Shown: positions 37,466 to 48,072, counted from the stretch's first letter. The stretch: DNA of 64,000 bases from Candidatus Omnitrophota bacterium (GCA_041662125.1 JBAZTA010000002.1:268154-332153); one strand, 5' to 3'. The notes: generated by a model not told the origin, from the letters alone. Made by a program: numbers and translations.

Positions 37466-38422
37466 ATGCAGGAAGCCATCCTTAATTTTTTACGCAAGAA
37501 ACAAGATTATATTTCCGGCGAAGAGATCAGTAAACAGTTAGGGATCAGCCGCCAGGCGTTATGGAAGCATACGCAGGAATTGCGCGAAGCAGGCTATGAT
37601 ATCGTCGCAGTCCCTCATTTAGGGTATTGCCTGGTTTCAAGCCCTGACCGGCTTTTCCCATATGAAATCGCCAACCGTTTACATACCAAAATAATCGGCA
37701 AAAAGGTTTACTATTTTGACGATACTGCTTCGACAATGGATGTGGCGATGCGTTTAGGTATGGAAGGGGCTGCTGAAGGAACGCTTGTTGTTGCTGAAAC
37801 GCAGGCTAAAGGAAAAGGGAGGCTGGGAAGGAGCTGGATTTCTCCTCAGTATAAAGGTATTTATGTCTCATTGGTCCTGCGGCCTGATATTGCCCCGAAT
37901 ACATGCCCGGTTTTGACGCTTTTGACGGCGGTCAGCATCTGCGAGGCCATAAAAACAGCTGTTGGAATTGATGTTCAGATCAAATGGCCCAACGATATCT
38001 TCATCCAGAATAAAAAATTAGGCGGTATTTTGACAGAATTAAACGCTGAAATGGATGTGACCAGTTTTATTGTTATTGGTATCGGCATAAACGTCAATAC
38101 TGATAAAAAAACACTGCCTTCTCAGGCAACGTCTTTAAAGGAGCAGAAGAAAGAGCATGTTAACCGCGCGGAATTATTGCAGGAGATCCTGCGCGCTCTT
38201 GAGGCAAATTATGTGCTTTTTCAAAAAGAGGGAAGTGCATTTATTTTAGAAAAATGGCGCAGTTTTTCCACGACGTTAGGCAGGCGGGTCAAGGTAGCCT
38301 GTCAGCACGAACAAATAGAGGGGGAAGCGGTGGATATTGACCGCGATGGAGGATTGCTGCTGCGGGATGATTCTGGGCTTATGAGAAAAGTCATGTCAGG
38401 CGATATTATCCATTGCCGTTAA
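37466..38422 (+). CDS. birA: bifunctional biotin-protein ligase / biotin operon repressor
   Basis: N-terminal HTH (ISGEEISKQLGISRQALWKH), ligase GRxGRxW motif (GRLGRSW), and a C-terminal SH3-like tail. Confidence 0.85.
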   Translation: MQEAILNFLRKKQDYISGEEISKQLGISRQALWKHTQELREAGYDIVAVPHLGYCLVSSPDRLFPYEIANRLHTKIIGKKVYYFDDTASTMDVAMRLGMEGAAEGTLVVAETQAKGKGRLGRSWISPQYKGIYVSLVLRPDIAPNTCPVLTLLTAVSICEAIKTAVGIDVQIKWPNDIFIQNKKLGGILTELNAEMDVTSFIVIGIGINVNTDKKTLPSQATSLKEQKKEHVNRAELLQEILRALEANYVLFQKEGSAFILEKWRSFSTTLGRRVKVACQHEQIEGEAVDIDRDGGLLLRDDSGLMRKVMSGDIIHCR

Positions 38423-38482
38423 ATGTAAACCAATAATCATTATTTGGTTGACAATAGATTTGTTCTGTTTTACAATAACCGC

Positions 38483-40288
38483 ATGCAAATTAATAGACGA
38501 TGCGGTTTGTTTTTTATATGCGTGTTTATCCTGTGCTGGTTCAATCCTGTTTTTGGCCAAGAGGCGCACGGCCTGGATTTAGAGCCGATCGTGATCACAA
38601 AATCAAACATTCATTTGAGCGATCCCTATGTGCTCGAGACGGATGATTTAGAGGGAGCTTCTTTTAACTCGCCTCTTGAAAGCTTGAACATGTTGCCTCT
38701 GGATGTGCAAAGCCGTTCTCCCCGGGCAGCGCTGCAGGATGATTTTTCTCTCCGCGGTTGTAGTTTTCAGGGTGTGCTTATGTTGGTGGATGGCCAGCGG
38801 CTGAACGATCCTCAGACGGCGCATCATAATTCAGATATCCCCTTGACGAGGGAAGATATTGAGCGTATTGAAGTGCTCCCCGGTGTTTCTTCTTCATTGT
38901 TCGGCCCGGATGCTATCGGGGGGGCGGTTAATATTATTCGAAAGAAACCTAAGAGTAACCGGCGGGTCATTGAACTAAGCGCAGGTTCAAATAACCTAAG
39001 ATCTGTTTTGGCGAGCCTGACCAAAAAGAAAGATGATTGGGGAGTGCGTCTTTCGGTTGATTCCAGCGAGTCATCGGGCTTCCGCTATGATACTGATTTC
39101 AAGAAATTCACTTCGACGATCAATTCTACGCTCTCGTTGCCTGCGGGTTCCTTTGATATGGATTTTGGATATCAGGAAAAAGAGTTTGGCGCTTTTGATT
39201 TTTATACCCCGGGATTGGGGTATCCTTCCAAAGAATGGACTAAGACCTATTTATTCGATACCGGTCTTTTTTGGGAAAACGATGATTTTTTAATAAAGCC
39301 GAATTTTCTCTGGCGGCGCCACTACGATGCCTTTGTGCTTGATAAAACAGAAGCGCGTTCAAAATACCGGAATCAACATCGTACTGATGCCTATACCCCG
39401 AATATTTATTTCCAAAAGGATTTGGCTGTTTTAGGAAAAGTCGGGCTCGGCCTTGAGTATGGCGATGAACGCATTAACTCGAGTAATTTAGGTAAGCATG
39501 TCCGTTCTCACGAGAGTGTATTCTTTGATGATACTCAAGATCTTGTTCCTGCTTTGTCATGGGGAGTATCAGGCCGGTTTGATACCTATGACGGGTTTGG
39601 CGAGGTTTACACTGGTTCTCTGAATTTCCGCTACCATCTGCGGCCTGATGTCGATATGATTATCGGTGTCTCGCGAAGCATGCGTATTCCCTCATTTACG
39701 GAACTTTATTACAATGATCCGACGACGATCGGCGATCCGGGGCTATCTTCAGAAGAAGCGTTCTCCTATCAGTCGGGAGTCGATTATAAAAAAGAACACT
39801 TTTCTGCGGGAGCAATGCTTTTCTTAAGGCAAGAACATGACTTCATTGATTGGGTAAAAACAAGTTCCTCTCAGGAAAAATGGAAAGTTGAAAATATACT
39901 CGAGTCTGACGTGGTTGGAGTAGAGCACTATCTGCGAGCTGATATAAACCGGTATCTTTCCTGGGATTCGAATTACGCGTATACCAGTAAGCGTATTGAT
40001 ACGCACGGCTATAGCTATAAATACGGGCCGAATTATTCCCGGCATATTGTGAATTCTACCTTTAATTTCAATTTGCCGTTCGGGCAACAGTCTATTTGCT
40101 TGTCCTATAAACAAAAACCTGCGCGCGACGGGTGGGTTTTGGTGTCCGCGCATTTACGGTGTAGATTGAGTGAGCTCTGTAAAATTTTTCTTACTATAAC
40201 TAATCTTCTTAATAGTAAATATCAAGAAATTGAAGGGATCGACCAACCCGGCAGGTGGGTTGAGGGCGGAATACGGTTTACATGGTAG
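38483..40288 (+). CDS. TonB-dependent outer-membrane receptor
   Basis: Signal peptide, plug-domain block VLPGVSSSLFGPDAIGGAVNII, and a C-terminal beta-barrel ending ...GIRFTW. Confidence 0.7.
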   Translation: MQINRRCGLFFICVFILCWFNPVFGQEAHGLDLEPIVITKSNIHLSDPYVLETDDLEGASFNSPLESLNMLPLDVQSRSPRAALQDDFSLRGCSFQGVLMLVDGQRLNDPQTAHHNSDIPLTREDIERIEVLPGVSSSLFGPDAIGGAVNIIRKKPKSNRRVIELSAGSNNLRSVLASLTKKKDDWGVRLSVDSSESSGFRYDTDFKKFTSTINSTLSLPAGSFDMDFGYQEKEFGAFDFYTPGLGYPSKEWTKTYLFDTGLFWENDDFLIKPNFLWRRHYDAFVLDKTEARSKYRNQHRTDAYTPNIYFQKDLAVLGKVGLGLEYGDERINSSNLGKHVRSHESVFFDDTQDLVPALSWGVSGRFDTYDGFGEVYTGSLNFRYHLRPDVDMIIGVSRSMRIPSFTELYYNDPTTIGDPGLSSEEAFSYQSGVDYKKEHFSAGAMLFLRQEHDFIDWVKTSSSQEKWKVENILESDVVGVEHYLRADINRYLSWDSNYAYTSKRIDTHGYSYKYGPNYSRHIVNSTFNFNLPFGQQSICLSYKQKPARDGWVLVSAHLRCRLSELCKIFLTITNLLNSKYQEIEGIDQPGRWVEGGIRFTW

Positions 40289-40394
40289 CGAATCTCTCCG
40301 AATACCCCTTTATTTTTTCATTCTCGCGCGATATAATAATTAATTCATGTAAGGTGTTCTGTTTTACCGGTTGAAGTCAAGAGGGAGGCGTGAA

Positions 40395-40685
40395 ATGTTT
40401 GTTCACACAGTATTATTTGAAATTAAACCTAAAGAAGTCGCCGCATATCGCAAAGATAGTTTGATGTGGGCGGGTTTTGCCAGAAAAGCCAAAGGTTTTG
40501 TCGCTTACCGAACGATGAAGCGGTATGGGTATAAGGATCAATATGCTTCAGTATATGAATGGAAGACAAAACAGGCCCATGATCGTTTTATGAAGAAATT
40601 TCATGACTGTCTGGTGGGTGAATCTAAAGCTATTGTTAAGGTTTTAGGGTATTACAACGTAAAAGCGATCGATAGTGTAAGCTAA
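40395..40685 (+). CDS. ABM (antibiotic biosynthesis monooxygenase)-like small protein
   Basis: Size and hydrophobic/aromatic pattern fit the ABM/Dabb fold. AGGGAGG RBS. Confidence 0.45.
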   Translation: MFVHTVLFEIKPKEVAAYRKDSLMWAGFARKAKGFVAYRTMKRYGYKDQYASVYEWKTKQAHDRFMKKFHDCLVGESKAIVKVLGYYNVKAIDSVS

Positions 40686-40699
40686 AAAAATCTTGCCTC

Positions 40700-41797
40700 A
40701 TGAATAAAAAAAAACGAGTAGCGGTAGCAATGAGCGGAGGTGTGGACTCCTCCGTCGCTGCGGCGATCTTACAGAAAAAAGGCTATGATGTTTTTGGCAT
40801 GACTATGTATTTTGATCTCGCCTATCCGCGGGGGCAGAGAGCTTCCTGCGGTAATACCAAGAGCGTAGAAGACGCAAAAAACGTCGCCAAAAGTTTAGGG
40901 ATACCTCATAAAGTTGTCGATATCAGTAAAGTTTTACAGGAAAAAGTTATTAAGGATTTCTGCCGGCAGTATTTGTCCGGCAAGACCCCGAATCCGTGCG
41001 TGCGTTGTAACGAGCTTATAAAATTTGGTGTACTTTTTTCTCAGGCGCGCGCCTGGGGAGCGGAGTATGTCTCGACCGGCCATTATGCCCGCCTTGCTTC
41101 ATCAGCCCGATATGGCCTGGTCCTTAAAAAAGCCAAAGACCTGAAAAAAGACCAATCGTATTTTTTGTACCGCGTATCACGGGATATTCTTTCCCGGGTA
41201 ATTTTTCCGCTCGGTACTTACACCAAAGGCCAGGTGAGATCGCTTGCTTTTGATTTCAAGCTTCCTGTGTCAGATAAGCCTGACAGCCAGGAGATCTGTT
41301 TTTTGCCTCAGTCTGATTACCGGGAATTCTTGAAGGAATACGCCTATGCCAGAATAAAACCGGGGAGGGTTATTGATGCCCGGGGCAACCTCCTGGGAGA
41401 ACATCAGGGAGCGGCATTCTATACGATTGGCCAGAGGGGAGGGCTTGGTATTGCGCTGGGGCATCCGGCGTATGTGACCAATATCGATTACCGTAAGAAT
41501 ACGGTTACCCTCGGTGCTCAAGCCGCTGCCTGCAGCAGGGAATTTTTAATAAAAGATATCTGCGGGCCGTTTGTATCTCGAAAAAAGAAGATTGCCCTGA
41601 AGGTTAAGATACGGTATAATCACAAGGAAATGCCGGCTGAACTTGAGCCGGTTGGTGAGAAAATAAAAGCAGTCTTTGCCATACCTCAATTTGCCATAAC
41701 TCCCGGACAGTCAGCGGTTTTTTATGATAACGATTGTGTCCTTGGCGGCGGGATTATCGAGAAAGTCTTTTATTCCCATGATGAAAAAAATATTTGA
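40700..41797 (+). CDS. mnmA: tRNA-specific 2-thiouridylase
   Basis: PP-loop AMSGGVDSS and the conserved CVRCN and HYAR blocks. Confidence 0.9.
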   Translation: MNKKKRVAVAMSGGVDSSVAAAILQKKGYDVFGMTMYFDLAYPRGQRASCGNTKSVEDAKNVAKSLGIPHKVVDISKVLQEKVIKDFCRQYLSGKTPNPCVRCNELIKFGVLFSQARAWGAEYVSTGHYARLASSARYGLVLKKAKDLKKDQSYFLYRVSRDILSRVIFPLGTYTKGQVRSLAFDFKLPVSDKPDSQEICFLPQSDYREFLKEYAYARIKPGRVIDARGNLLGEHQGAAFYTIGQRGGLGIALGHPAYVTNIDYRKNTVTLGAQAAACSREFLIKDICGPFVSRKKKIALKVKIRYNHKEMPAELEPVGEKIKAVFAIPQFAITPGQSAVFYDNDCVLGGGIIEKVFYSHDEKNI

Positions 41798-42734
41798 AGA
41801 TCAATTCGCTAAAAAGATCAAAGAATTAAAGAAAAAACGCAATGCCGTGATTTTAGCGCATAATTATCAGCTTCCTGAAGTCCAGGATATCGCTGATTTC
41901 CGGGGTGATTCGCTTGAGCTTAGCCGTATTGCCGCAAAGACGGACGCGGATATAATTGTGTTCTGCGGCGTGCATTTCATGGCAGAGACCGCTTCTATTT
42001 TGTCTCCTGAAAAAAAAGTCATTGTCCCTGATATTCAGGCAGGCTGTCCTATGGCGAATATGATCACGGCAGCTGATTTAAAAAAACTAAAAAAAGAACA
42101 TCCACAGGCTGTGGCGGTCGGATATGTCAATACTTCCGCTGAAGTAAAAGCGGAGCTGGATGTCTGCTGTACGTCAACCAATGCCATTGCCGTAGTCAAG
42201 GCGATACTCAATGATGCTGCATCAGGGGGCAGCTTGTTTGGAGGTAAAAAAGAGATCATCTTTGTCCCGGATAAATACCTGGCGGACTATGTTTCCAAGC
42301 AGACCGGTAAGAAGTTGATTGCCTGGAATGGTTTTTGTCCGACTCATGTCAAGATACTTCCTGAAGACATAAAACGGGAAAAACAGTTTCATCCTCAGGC
42401 AAAAGTGATCGTGCATCCGGAATGCCTTCCTCATGTTGTGGCGATGGCGGATGCGGTCCTTTCAACGAGCTTGATGAGCAAGTTTGCCAAAGAAACTGAT
42501 GCCCGCGAGATCATTGTGGGGACAGAAACCGGCTTGATATATCGGCTCAAGAAAGATAATCCCGATAAAGAGTTTTATCCTGCTTCCGAATCAGCGGTTT
42601 GCCCGAATATGAAGCGTACGACGCAGGAAAAAATACTTTTTGCGTTGGAGGAATTGAAGTTTGAAGTAAAAGTCTCTGATAGTATCCGTAAGCGCGCCAA
42701 AAAAGCAATTGATCTGATGCTTGAGATTATGTAG
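41778..42734 (+). CDS. nadA: quinolinate synthase
   Basis: ILAHNYQ and VHFMAETA NadA blocks and conserved Cys. The start was moved to the ATG at 41778. Confidence 0.85.
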   Translation: MMKKIFEDQFAKKIKELKKKRNAVILAHNYQLPEVQDIADFRGDSLELSRIAAKTDADIIVFCGVHFMAETASILSPEKKVIVPDIQAGCPMANMITAADLKKLKKEHPQAVAVGYVNTSAEVKAELDVCCTSTNAIAVVKAILNDAASGGSLFGGKKEIIFVPDKYLADYVSKQTGKKLIAWNGFCPTHVKILPEDIKREKQFHPQAKVIVHPECLPHVVAMADAVLSTSLMSKFAKETDAREIIVGTETGLIYRLKKDNPDKEFYPASESAVCPNMKRTTQEKILFALEELKFEVKVSDSIRKRAKKAIDLMLEIM

Positions 42735-43370
42735 ATGAATATCCCTGTGGTTTATGAAGATGAGTGGCTGTTAGTCGTAAATAAACCGTCAGGGCTTTTG
42801 GTGATCCCCCAGCCGGGAGGGAGTCCCCGCACCCTTACGGCCATCCTCAATGATGACGCAAAACAACGCGGCCTTACCTATCGCCTGCATCCCTGCCATC
42901 GTTTAGACCGGGAAACTTCCGGAGTGATCATTTATGCTAAGGGTAAATCCACTCAGAAAAAGGTAATGGATTTGTTTAAAGTAAGAGCGGTTAAAAAGGT
43001 TTATGTCGCTTTTATCCATGGGGCATTGCCTTGTGAGCAGGGCCAGGTTACTCATCCAATAGAAGGAGCGCCTGCGTTAACCAAGTTCAAAGTGCTCCAG
43101 CGAAAGAAGGATTTTACGATAGTAGAAGTTTATCCTTTGACCGGCAGGACAAATCAGATCCGTATCCATTTCAAGTCTATTGGTTATCCGATCGTCGGAG
43201 AAACCAGGTTTGCCTTCCGGCGTGATTTTAAATTAAAAGCCAAACGGTTATGCCTGCACGCGAAGTTTCTTGCGCTGGAGCATCCGGTAACTAAAAAACC
43301 GTTATTTTTAGAGGCCCCTTTAGCTGCGGAATTAATCACGTTTATTAACGCATACGAGCCTAAAGCATGA
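42735..43370 (+). CDS. RluA-family pseudouridine synthase
   Basis: HRLDRETSGVIIYAK catalytic-Asp motif. Confidence 0.85.
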   Translation: MNIPVVYEDEWLLVVNKPSGLLVIPQPGGSPRTLTAILNDDAKQRGLTYRLHPCHRLDRETSGVIIYAKGKSTQKKVMDLFKVRAVKKVYVAFIHGALPCEQGQVTHPIEGAPALTKFKVLQRKKDFTIVEVYPLTGRTNQIRIHFKSIGYPIVGETRFAFRRDFKLKAKRLCLHAKFLALEHPVTKKPLFLEAPLAAELITFINAYEPKA

Positions 43371-45214
43371 AAATATCAGTAAGAGAATGGGTTTTATTTA
43401 TCGCTGTCGCGGCGATTAGTTTTTTTATCTGGCTGAGGCTGGGGTATCCGCAGCTATCTTTTGTGTATTTATCGGTAGATAAAGCTGCCGCCTGCCGCAA
43501 AGCGGCAGATTATCTTGCCTCGCAAGGAGTCGCCTTTGGGGAATACCGGCAGGCTGCGGTGTTTCACATAGAAAACTGGCCGGACCGTTATTTACAGAAA
43601 ACACTTGGGTTGCATCGGCAGGAAATTTTTATCAAAGAAAATAATTATGAATTGTTTTCTTGGACGGTCAGGTTTTTTAAAGAGTTTCAGAAAGAAGAAT
43701 ATTTTGTCGAAATAAGCCCGCAATCGGGGAAGGTTTTAGGCTTTAATCATTTGATTGAAGATACAGCCGCACGCCCTGCCATTACTCAAGACGCCGCGCG
43801 GCAGGCGGCAGAAGAGTTTTTTAAAAAGAATTATCAGCAGGATCTGCGGGAGTATGAATCTCATGAAGAGAAAATAAAACGCTATGATAAAAGGACCGAC
43901 TATATTTTTTCTTGGGAGAAAAAAGGGGTATATATCCCCTGGGAGAAGGATAAGGGTGGAGCAAAGTTGTTGTTGGGGGCGACTGTTTGCGGCAATGAAA
44001 TCTCTCAGTTTTCGACACACGACTTGGATATCCCTGAGCAATTTTACCGCGATATCTCAAAAGAGCTGCTTTTGGGCGAGTACCTCTATAGTGTTTATTA
44101 TATTATTTTAATAGGTTTGATCGTTACCGCTATATATATCGTAATTATGAAGCGGCAGAGTGTTGTCGTATCCCGCTGTCGAGTCTGGTTTGTGTCATTG
44201 GCGGTATTTGTCTGTGGTATCACTATGATTGACCTTATTAATAATATTCAGAGTGTCATCGCGTATTATCCGACAAGCGGGGCGTTGGGGTCTTACCTAG
44301 GCATCTACTTTCTGAAAGCGATCATTAATCTTGTGTTGTTGAGTGTCCTGTTTGTCATGCCTGGTGTCGCGGGGGAAACACTTTGTTATGAAGTGTTTCC
44401 GGATAAGCCGCAATCAAGTTTTACTCATTATTTGAGATCGAGTTTTTTGAGCCGGAATGTCTGTCGCGGTATTCTGCTCGGGTATGTCCTTTGTGTCATT
44501 TTGATCGGCATGCAGGCAGGTTTGTTTTATCTGGGGCAGCGGTATTGGGGGGTCTGGAAAGAGTGGTTTAAACTCTCTCAATATTCTTCTTCATATTTCC
44601 CTGTCTTAAGCGCTTTTACCGTAGGTATTGTTGCTAGTTTGAATGAAGAGGTCGTATACCGCCTTTTTGGGATCAGCTGGGGGAAAAAGTATTTGCGAAA
44701 TACTGTTTTGGCCGTTATCATGGCTTCTTACCTGTGGGGGTTCGGGCATTCTGAATATGCGATATTCCCCACGTGGTTCAGAGGCATTGAAGTCGGGACG
44801 ATGGGCCTAGTTTATGGCTTTGTTTTCTTGCGTTACGGGATTATCCCCTTGATTGTCGCGCACTATTTATTCGATGTGTTCTGGGGAACGGCTGTTTATA
44901 TCGTAGGGCATACTACCGCGTCCTTATATGCAGGTTCGGTTTTTATTTTACTCATCCCGCTTTTTTTCGCGCTGGTGGCTTTTATACGCAATGAACCGGA
45001 TACTGAAAGAAAAATAGGGCCTGCGCTTAACCGGATACAAAGGTATAATTTAGATGTTTTGGTTACTTTTGTATCTGACCGCAAGTTAAAAGGTGGGGGG
45101 AGTAAGGCAATCAATGCGGAACTTATTGCGCACAATTGGGACATTGACCTGGTAAAACTTGCTTTGGCAAAGGTTTTTCCCGTTGATGAAAAAGGAGTTG
45201 TTGACAAAATATGA
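43367..45214 (+). CDS. large membrane protein with C-terminal CPBP (CAAX-protease/Abi) intramembrane protease domain
   Basis: EEVVYRLFG, FGHSEY and HYLFD motifs in C-terminal TM helices, with multiple N-terminal TM segments. Confidence 0.6.
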   Translation: MKISVREWVLFIAVAAISFFIWLRLGYPQLSFVYLSVDKAAACRKAADYLASQGVAFGEYRQAAVFHIENWPDRYLQKTLGLHRQEIFIKENNYELFSWTVRFFKEFQKEEYFVEISPQSGKVLGFNHLIEDTAARPAITQDAARQAAEEFFKKNYQQDLREYESHEEKIKRYDKRTDYIFSWEKKGVYIPWEKDKGGAKLLLGATVCGNEISQFSTHDLDIPEQFYRDISKELLLGEYLYSVYYIILIGLIVTAIYIVIMKRQSVVVSRCRVWFVSLAVFVCGITMIDLINNIQSVIAYYPTSGALGSYLGIYFLKAIINLVLLSVLFVMPGVAGETLCYEVFPDKPQSSFTHYLRSSFLSRNVCRGILLGYVLCVILIGMQAGLFYLGQRYWGVWKEWFKLSQYSSSYFPVLSAFTVGIVASLNEEVVYRLFGISWGKKYLRNTVLAVIMASYLWGFGHSEYAIFPTWFRGIEVGTMGLVYGFVFLRYGIIPLIVAHYLFDVFWGTAVYIVGHTTASLYAGSVFILLIPLFFALVAFIRNEPDTERKIGPALNRIQRYNLDVLVTFVSDRKLKGGGSKAINAELIAHNWDIDLVKLALAKVFPVDEKGVVDKI

Positions 45215-45954
45215 TAAAGTATATAATACTAGGTATAGTTCAAGGGCTTACGGAGTTCTTCCCGGTAAGCAGTTCAGGCCACTTGGTGATCGTACAGAAA
45301 TTATTGGGGATCACTCAGGAAGTTGTCAGTTTTGATGTTGTTTTGCACCTGGGAACAACGGTTGCGTTAATTATTTTCTTTTTTAAAGATATTGTCGCGC
45401 TCTTTAAAGACCTCAGGCTGCTCGGATTGGTATTTGTGGCTACCATTATAACCGGGGTTATCGGTATCGCGGGAAAAGATTTTTTTGAACGCTTGTTTGC
45501 GCTGCCGCAGTATACAGCTTTTGGGTTACTGGTAACCGGCTGTATCCTTTTAGTTGCCCAAAGATTCATGAACGGGAAGAGAAATACCGTCACCCTTAAA
45601 GATTCAATAGTTATGGGGTGTATGCAGGGCATTGCGGTTATTCCGGGTATTTCACGTTCCGGCAGCACGGTTTCTGCTCTTTTATTCAGGGGGCTTGATA
45701 GAGAAACGAGTTTTCGTTTCTCTTTTATCGCGGCAATCCCTGCGGTCTTGGGCGCGGCTGTTTTAAAAGCCAAGGATATCGGGTCTGCGTTGCAGGGAGA
45801 AATGTTAGGGTATGCGCTTGGTTTTATCACGAGTGCCGCGACAGGAATAGTGTCATTATGGCTTTTGAGGCTAATGTTACGCAGGGCAAAACTGCATTAT
45901 TTCGGCTATTATTGTTTTGTTGTCGCCATACTTGTCATAGTATTTATAAAATGA
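45211..45954 (+). CDS. uppP: undecaprenyl-diphosphatase
   Basis: LTEFFPVSSSGHL signature. Confidence 0.9.
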   Translation: MIKYIILGIVQGLTEFFPVSSSGHLVIVQKLLGITQEVVSFDVVLHLGTTVALIIFFFKDIVALFKDLRLLGLVFVATIITGVIGIAGKDFFERLFALPQYTAFGLLVTGCILLVAQRFMNGKRNTVTLKDSIVMGCMQGIAVIPGISRSGSTVSALLFRGLDRETSFRFSFIAAIPAVLGAAVLKAKDIGSALQGEMLGYALGFITSAATGIVSLWLLRLMLRRAKLHYFGYYCFVVAILVIVFIK

Positions 45955-45964
45955 GGCAATACGT

Positions 45965-46864
45965 ATGAGCATACTTGTCTTGGGTACGGTCGCTTTGGAT
46001 ACGGTTAAGACTCCTTTTGGGAAACGGATGCGTATGTTAGGAGGTTCTGCGGTCCATTTTTCAATGTCTGCGCGCCTCTTTACTAAAGTGAACCTGGTAG
46101 CGATCGTCGGGGCTGATTTTCCCAAGGCCCATATCGATTTCCTGCAGAAAAAAGGCATTAATTTGACTTCGCTCATCCGAAGCGGCGGCAAGACGTTTCA
46201 ATGGGAAGGGGAATACCGCGGAGATTTAAATACGGCGATCACGATTAAGACTGAATTGGGCGTGCTTTTGGAGTTCCTGCCGGCAATCGCGCATGAGCAA
46301 AAGAATATCAAGAATCTTTTTCTTGCCAATGTCGATCCCGATATTCAGCGGCACTTGCTTACGAATATGAACGCGCCGCGGTTAGTCGGTTTGGATAGTA
46401 TGAATTACTGGATCAATACTAAGCGGGCTTCTTTGTTGAGGCTGTTGAAGAGAGTCACTATTTATGTTGCCAATGACCAGGAAGCGCGCGCATTATCAGG
46501 AGAACATAATTTGCTTAAAGCGGCCAAGCGTTTACGTTCTTTGGGGCCGGAAATGGTCCTGATCAAGAAAGGCGAGCATGGGGTGCTTTTTTACAGCGAA
46601 AGGTTTGTTTTCGCGATTCCCGCGTATCCAACGGAAACGGTGGTTGACCCTACGGGAGCAGGTGATACGTTCGCCGGCGGATTTATGGGGTATTTGACGC
46701 TCCAGAAGAAGATCAATCCTCAAACTATTAAGAAAGCAATAGCCTATGGGACGATCGCTGCTTCGTTTAATGTTGAAGCGTTTGGGGCAAAGAGGACTGC
46801 CTGCTTATCGGTGAGCGACTTGGAATCCCGGTTGAATAAATTCAAAAAAATCATGTTGTTTTAA
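45965..46864 (+). CDS. PfkB-family carbohydrate kinase
   Basis: DPTGAGDTFAGGF signature. Confidence 0.8.
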   Translation: MSILVLGTVALDTVKTPFGKRMRMLGGSAVHFSMSARLFTKVNLVAIVGADFPKAHIDFLQKKGINLTSLIRSGGKTFQWEGEYRGDLNTAITIKTELGVLLEFLPAIAHEQKNIKNLFLANVDPDIQRHLLTNMNAPRLVGLDSMNYWINTKRASLLRLLKRVTIYVANDQEARALSGEHNLLKAAKRLRSLGPEMVLIKKGEHGVLFYSERFVFAIPAYPTETVVDPTGAGDTFAGGFMGYLTLQKKINPQTIKKAIAYGTIAASFNVEAFGAKRTACLSVSDLESRLNKFKKIMLF

Positions 46865-46877
46865 GAAAGAGGCCCGT

Positions 46878-47333
46878 ATGCTTGGAGAAAAGATCCTTAA
46901 TGGATACAAAGAAGCTTTAAAGAGCAAAGATTCTTTGCGCAGTTCGGTTTTAAGTTTTTTGCGCGCACAAATTTTAAACCTCGCTATTGAGAAAAAGAAA
47001 AACGCCCTTGATGACGCTGATATAGTATTGGTTATACGCAAACAGATCAAGCAGCGGCAGGAATCCATCGAGCAATTTACCAAGGGTAACCGTAGTGACC
47101 TTGCGGCAAAAGAAGCTCTTGAGTTGGAAATTCTTAAGGCGTATCTGCCTCCAGAGCTTTCTCTCGAAGAGATCAAAAAAATAGTTGATGAGAGCATCGC
47201 GGCGGCTGCGGCTACCGGCATTAAAGATATGGGGCGGGTAATGAAAGATGTGGTTGAGAAGGTCGCCGGAAAGGCTGACGGTAAATTAGTCAGTGATCTG
47301 GTCAAGGATACATTAACTAAGAAAAGTTTATAG
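46878..47333 (+). CDS. GatB/YqeY-domain protein
   Basis: YqeY-like sequence pattern throughout. Confidence 0.75.
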   Translation: MLGEKILNGYKEALKSKDSLRSSVLSFLRAQILNLAIEKKKNALDDADIVLVIRKQIKQRQESIEQFTKGNRSDLAAKEALELEILKAYLPPELSLEEIKKIVDESIAAAAATGIKDMGRVMKDVVEKVAGKADGKLVSDLVKDTLTKKSL

Positions 47334-47387
47334 GTTTAACAAATTTTATTAAGAGGGTGTGTTGAAATGAGAGGGGGATGTGGTAAC

Positions 47388-47885
47388 ATGAAAGGATTTA
47401 TCGTGGGAGTGAGTTGTGTGGCAATGATCTGTTTAGGAGGGTGTTCAAAGAAACAGCAGGCGCTGGAGGAAATGCAGCAGCCTATGTCTCCTGAAGATTT
47501 AAGCATGCTGGCTACTGAAAGTCAAAAGCAAACATCATCTGATACGTCGAAATCGGTTGTTACGGCGGTTGCTCCTGCCTCTCAAACCATGGTCGCCCCA
47601 ACGACGGCGACTCCCGCAGAAGCAGGTTTGGGAGCGATGCCTCCGGCAGGCCCCTATAAACCAGCGAATATCGAAATTCAAACCGCTTTGAAGAATGCCG
47701 GTTTTTATCTTGGTATTGTGGACGGCAAGCTCGGGCCTATGACGAGAAAAGCCATTGAAGAATTCCAGAAATCAAAGGGCCTTGTTGTTGACGGAAAGAT
47801 CGGACCGAAGACCTGGGGTTTATTAAGTGTTTATTTGAATCCGGCTCCTTCTGCGGCTAAAACAAACAAGAAAAAATCGCGTTAG
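47388..47885 (+). CDS. lipoprotein with peptidoglycan-binding (PG_binding_1) domain
   Basis: Lipobox LGGC and the C-terminal repeat LGIVDGKLGP...VVDGKIGPKTW. Confidence 0.7.
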   Translation: MKGFIVGVSCVAMICLGGCSKKQQALEEMQQPMSPEDLSMLATESQKQTSSDTSKSVVTAVAPASQTMVAPTTATPAEAGLGAMPPAGPYKPANIEIQTALKNAGFYLGIVDGKLGPMTRKAIEEFQKSKGLVVDGKIGPKTWGLLSVYLNPAPSAAKTNKKKSR

Positions 47886-47899
47886 AGGGTGCGATTTTC

Positions 47900-47928
47900 T
47901 TGAAATTTCGCAAGCGGTATGGTATATT
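47900..47928 (+). promoter_or_regulatory. sigma70-like promoter driving the riboswitch-like leader
   Basis: TTGAAA at 47900..47905, a 17-nt spacer, and TATATT at 47923..47928. Confidence 0.5.
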
Positions 47929-47939
47929 TTAAATAAGCC

Positions 47940-48072
47940 GATAAAGGTAAACCTCGGGAAATCGGGGGGCGCAAAGCTACAGGCCTGCGTTATCAGGCAA
48001 AGCCGTATCTGGAGTGAGATGTAAAGCCGGATAGTGAGGCATGCAGGGTAATATGGCGGCTGGGCTACCGGA
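47940..48072 (+). promoter_or_regulatory. candidate c-di-GMP-I (GEMM) riboswitch aptamer
   Basis: GGUAAACC followed by a P1 hairpin with GAAA tetraloop (ccucgg-GAAA-ucgggg). Then GGCGCAAAGCUACAGGCCU, and at the 3' end GGCUGGGCUACCGG. These resemble GEMM-I consensus blocks GGCAAACC / GACGCAAAGC / CCGGGCUACC as I recall them. Confidence 0.45.
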
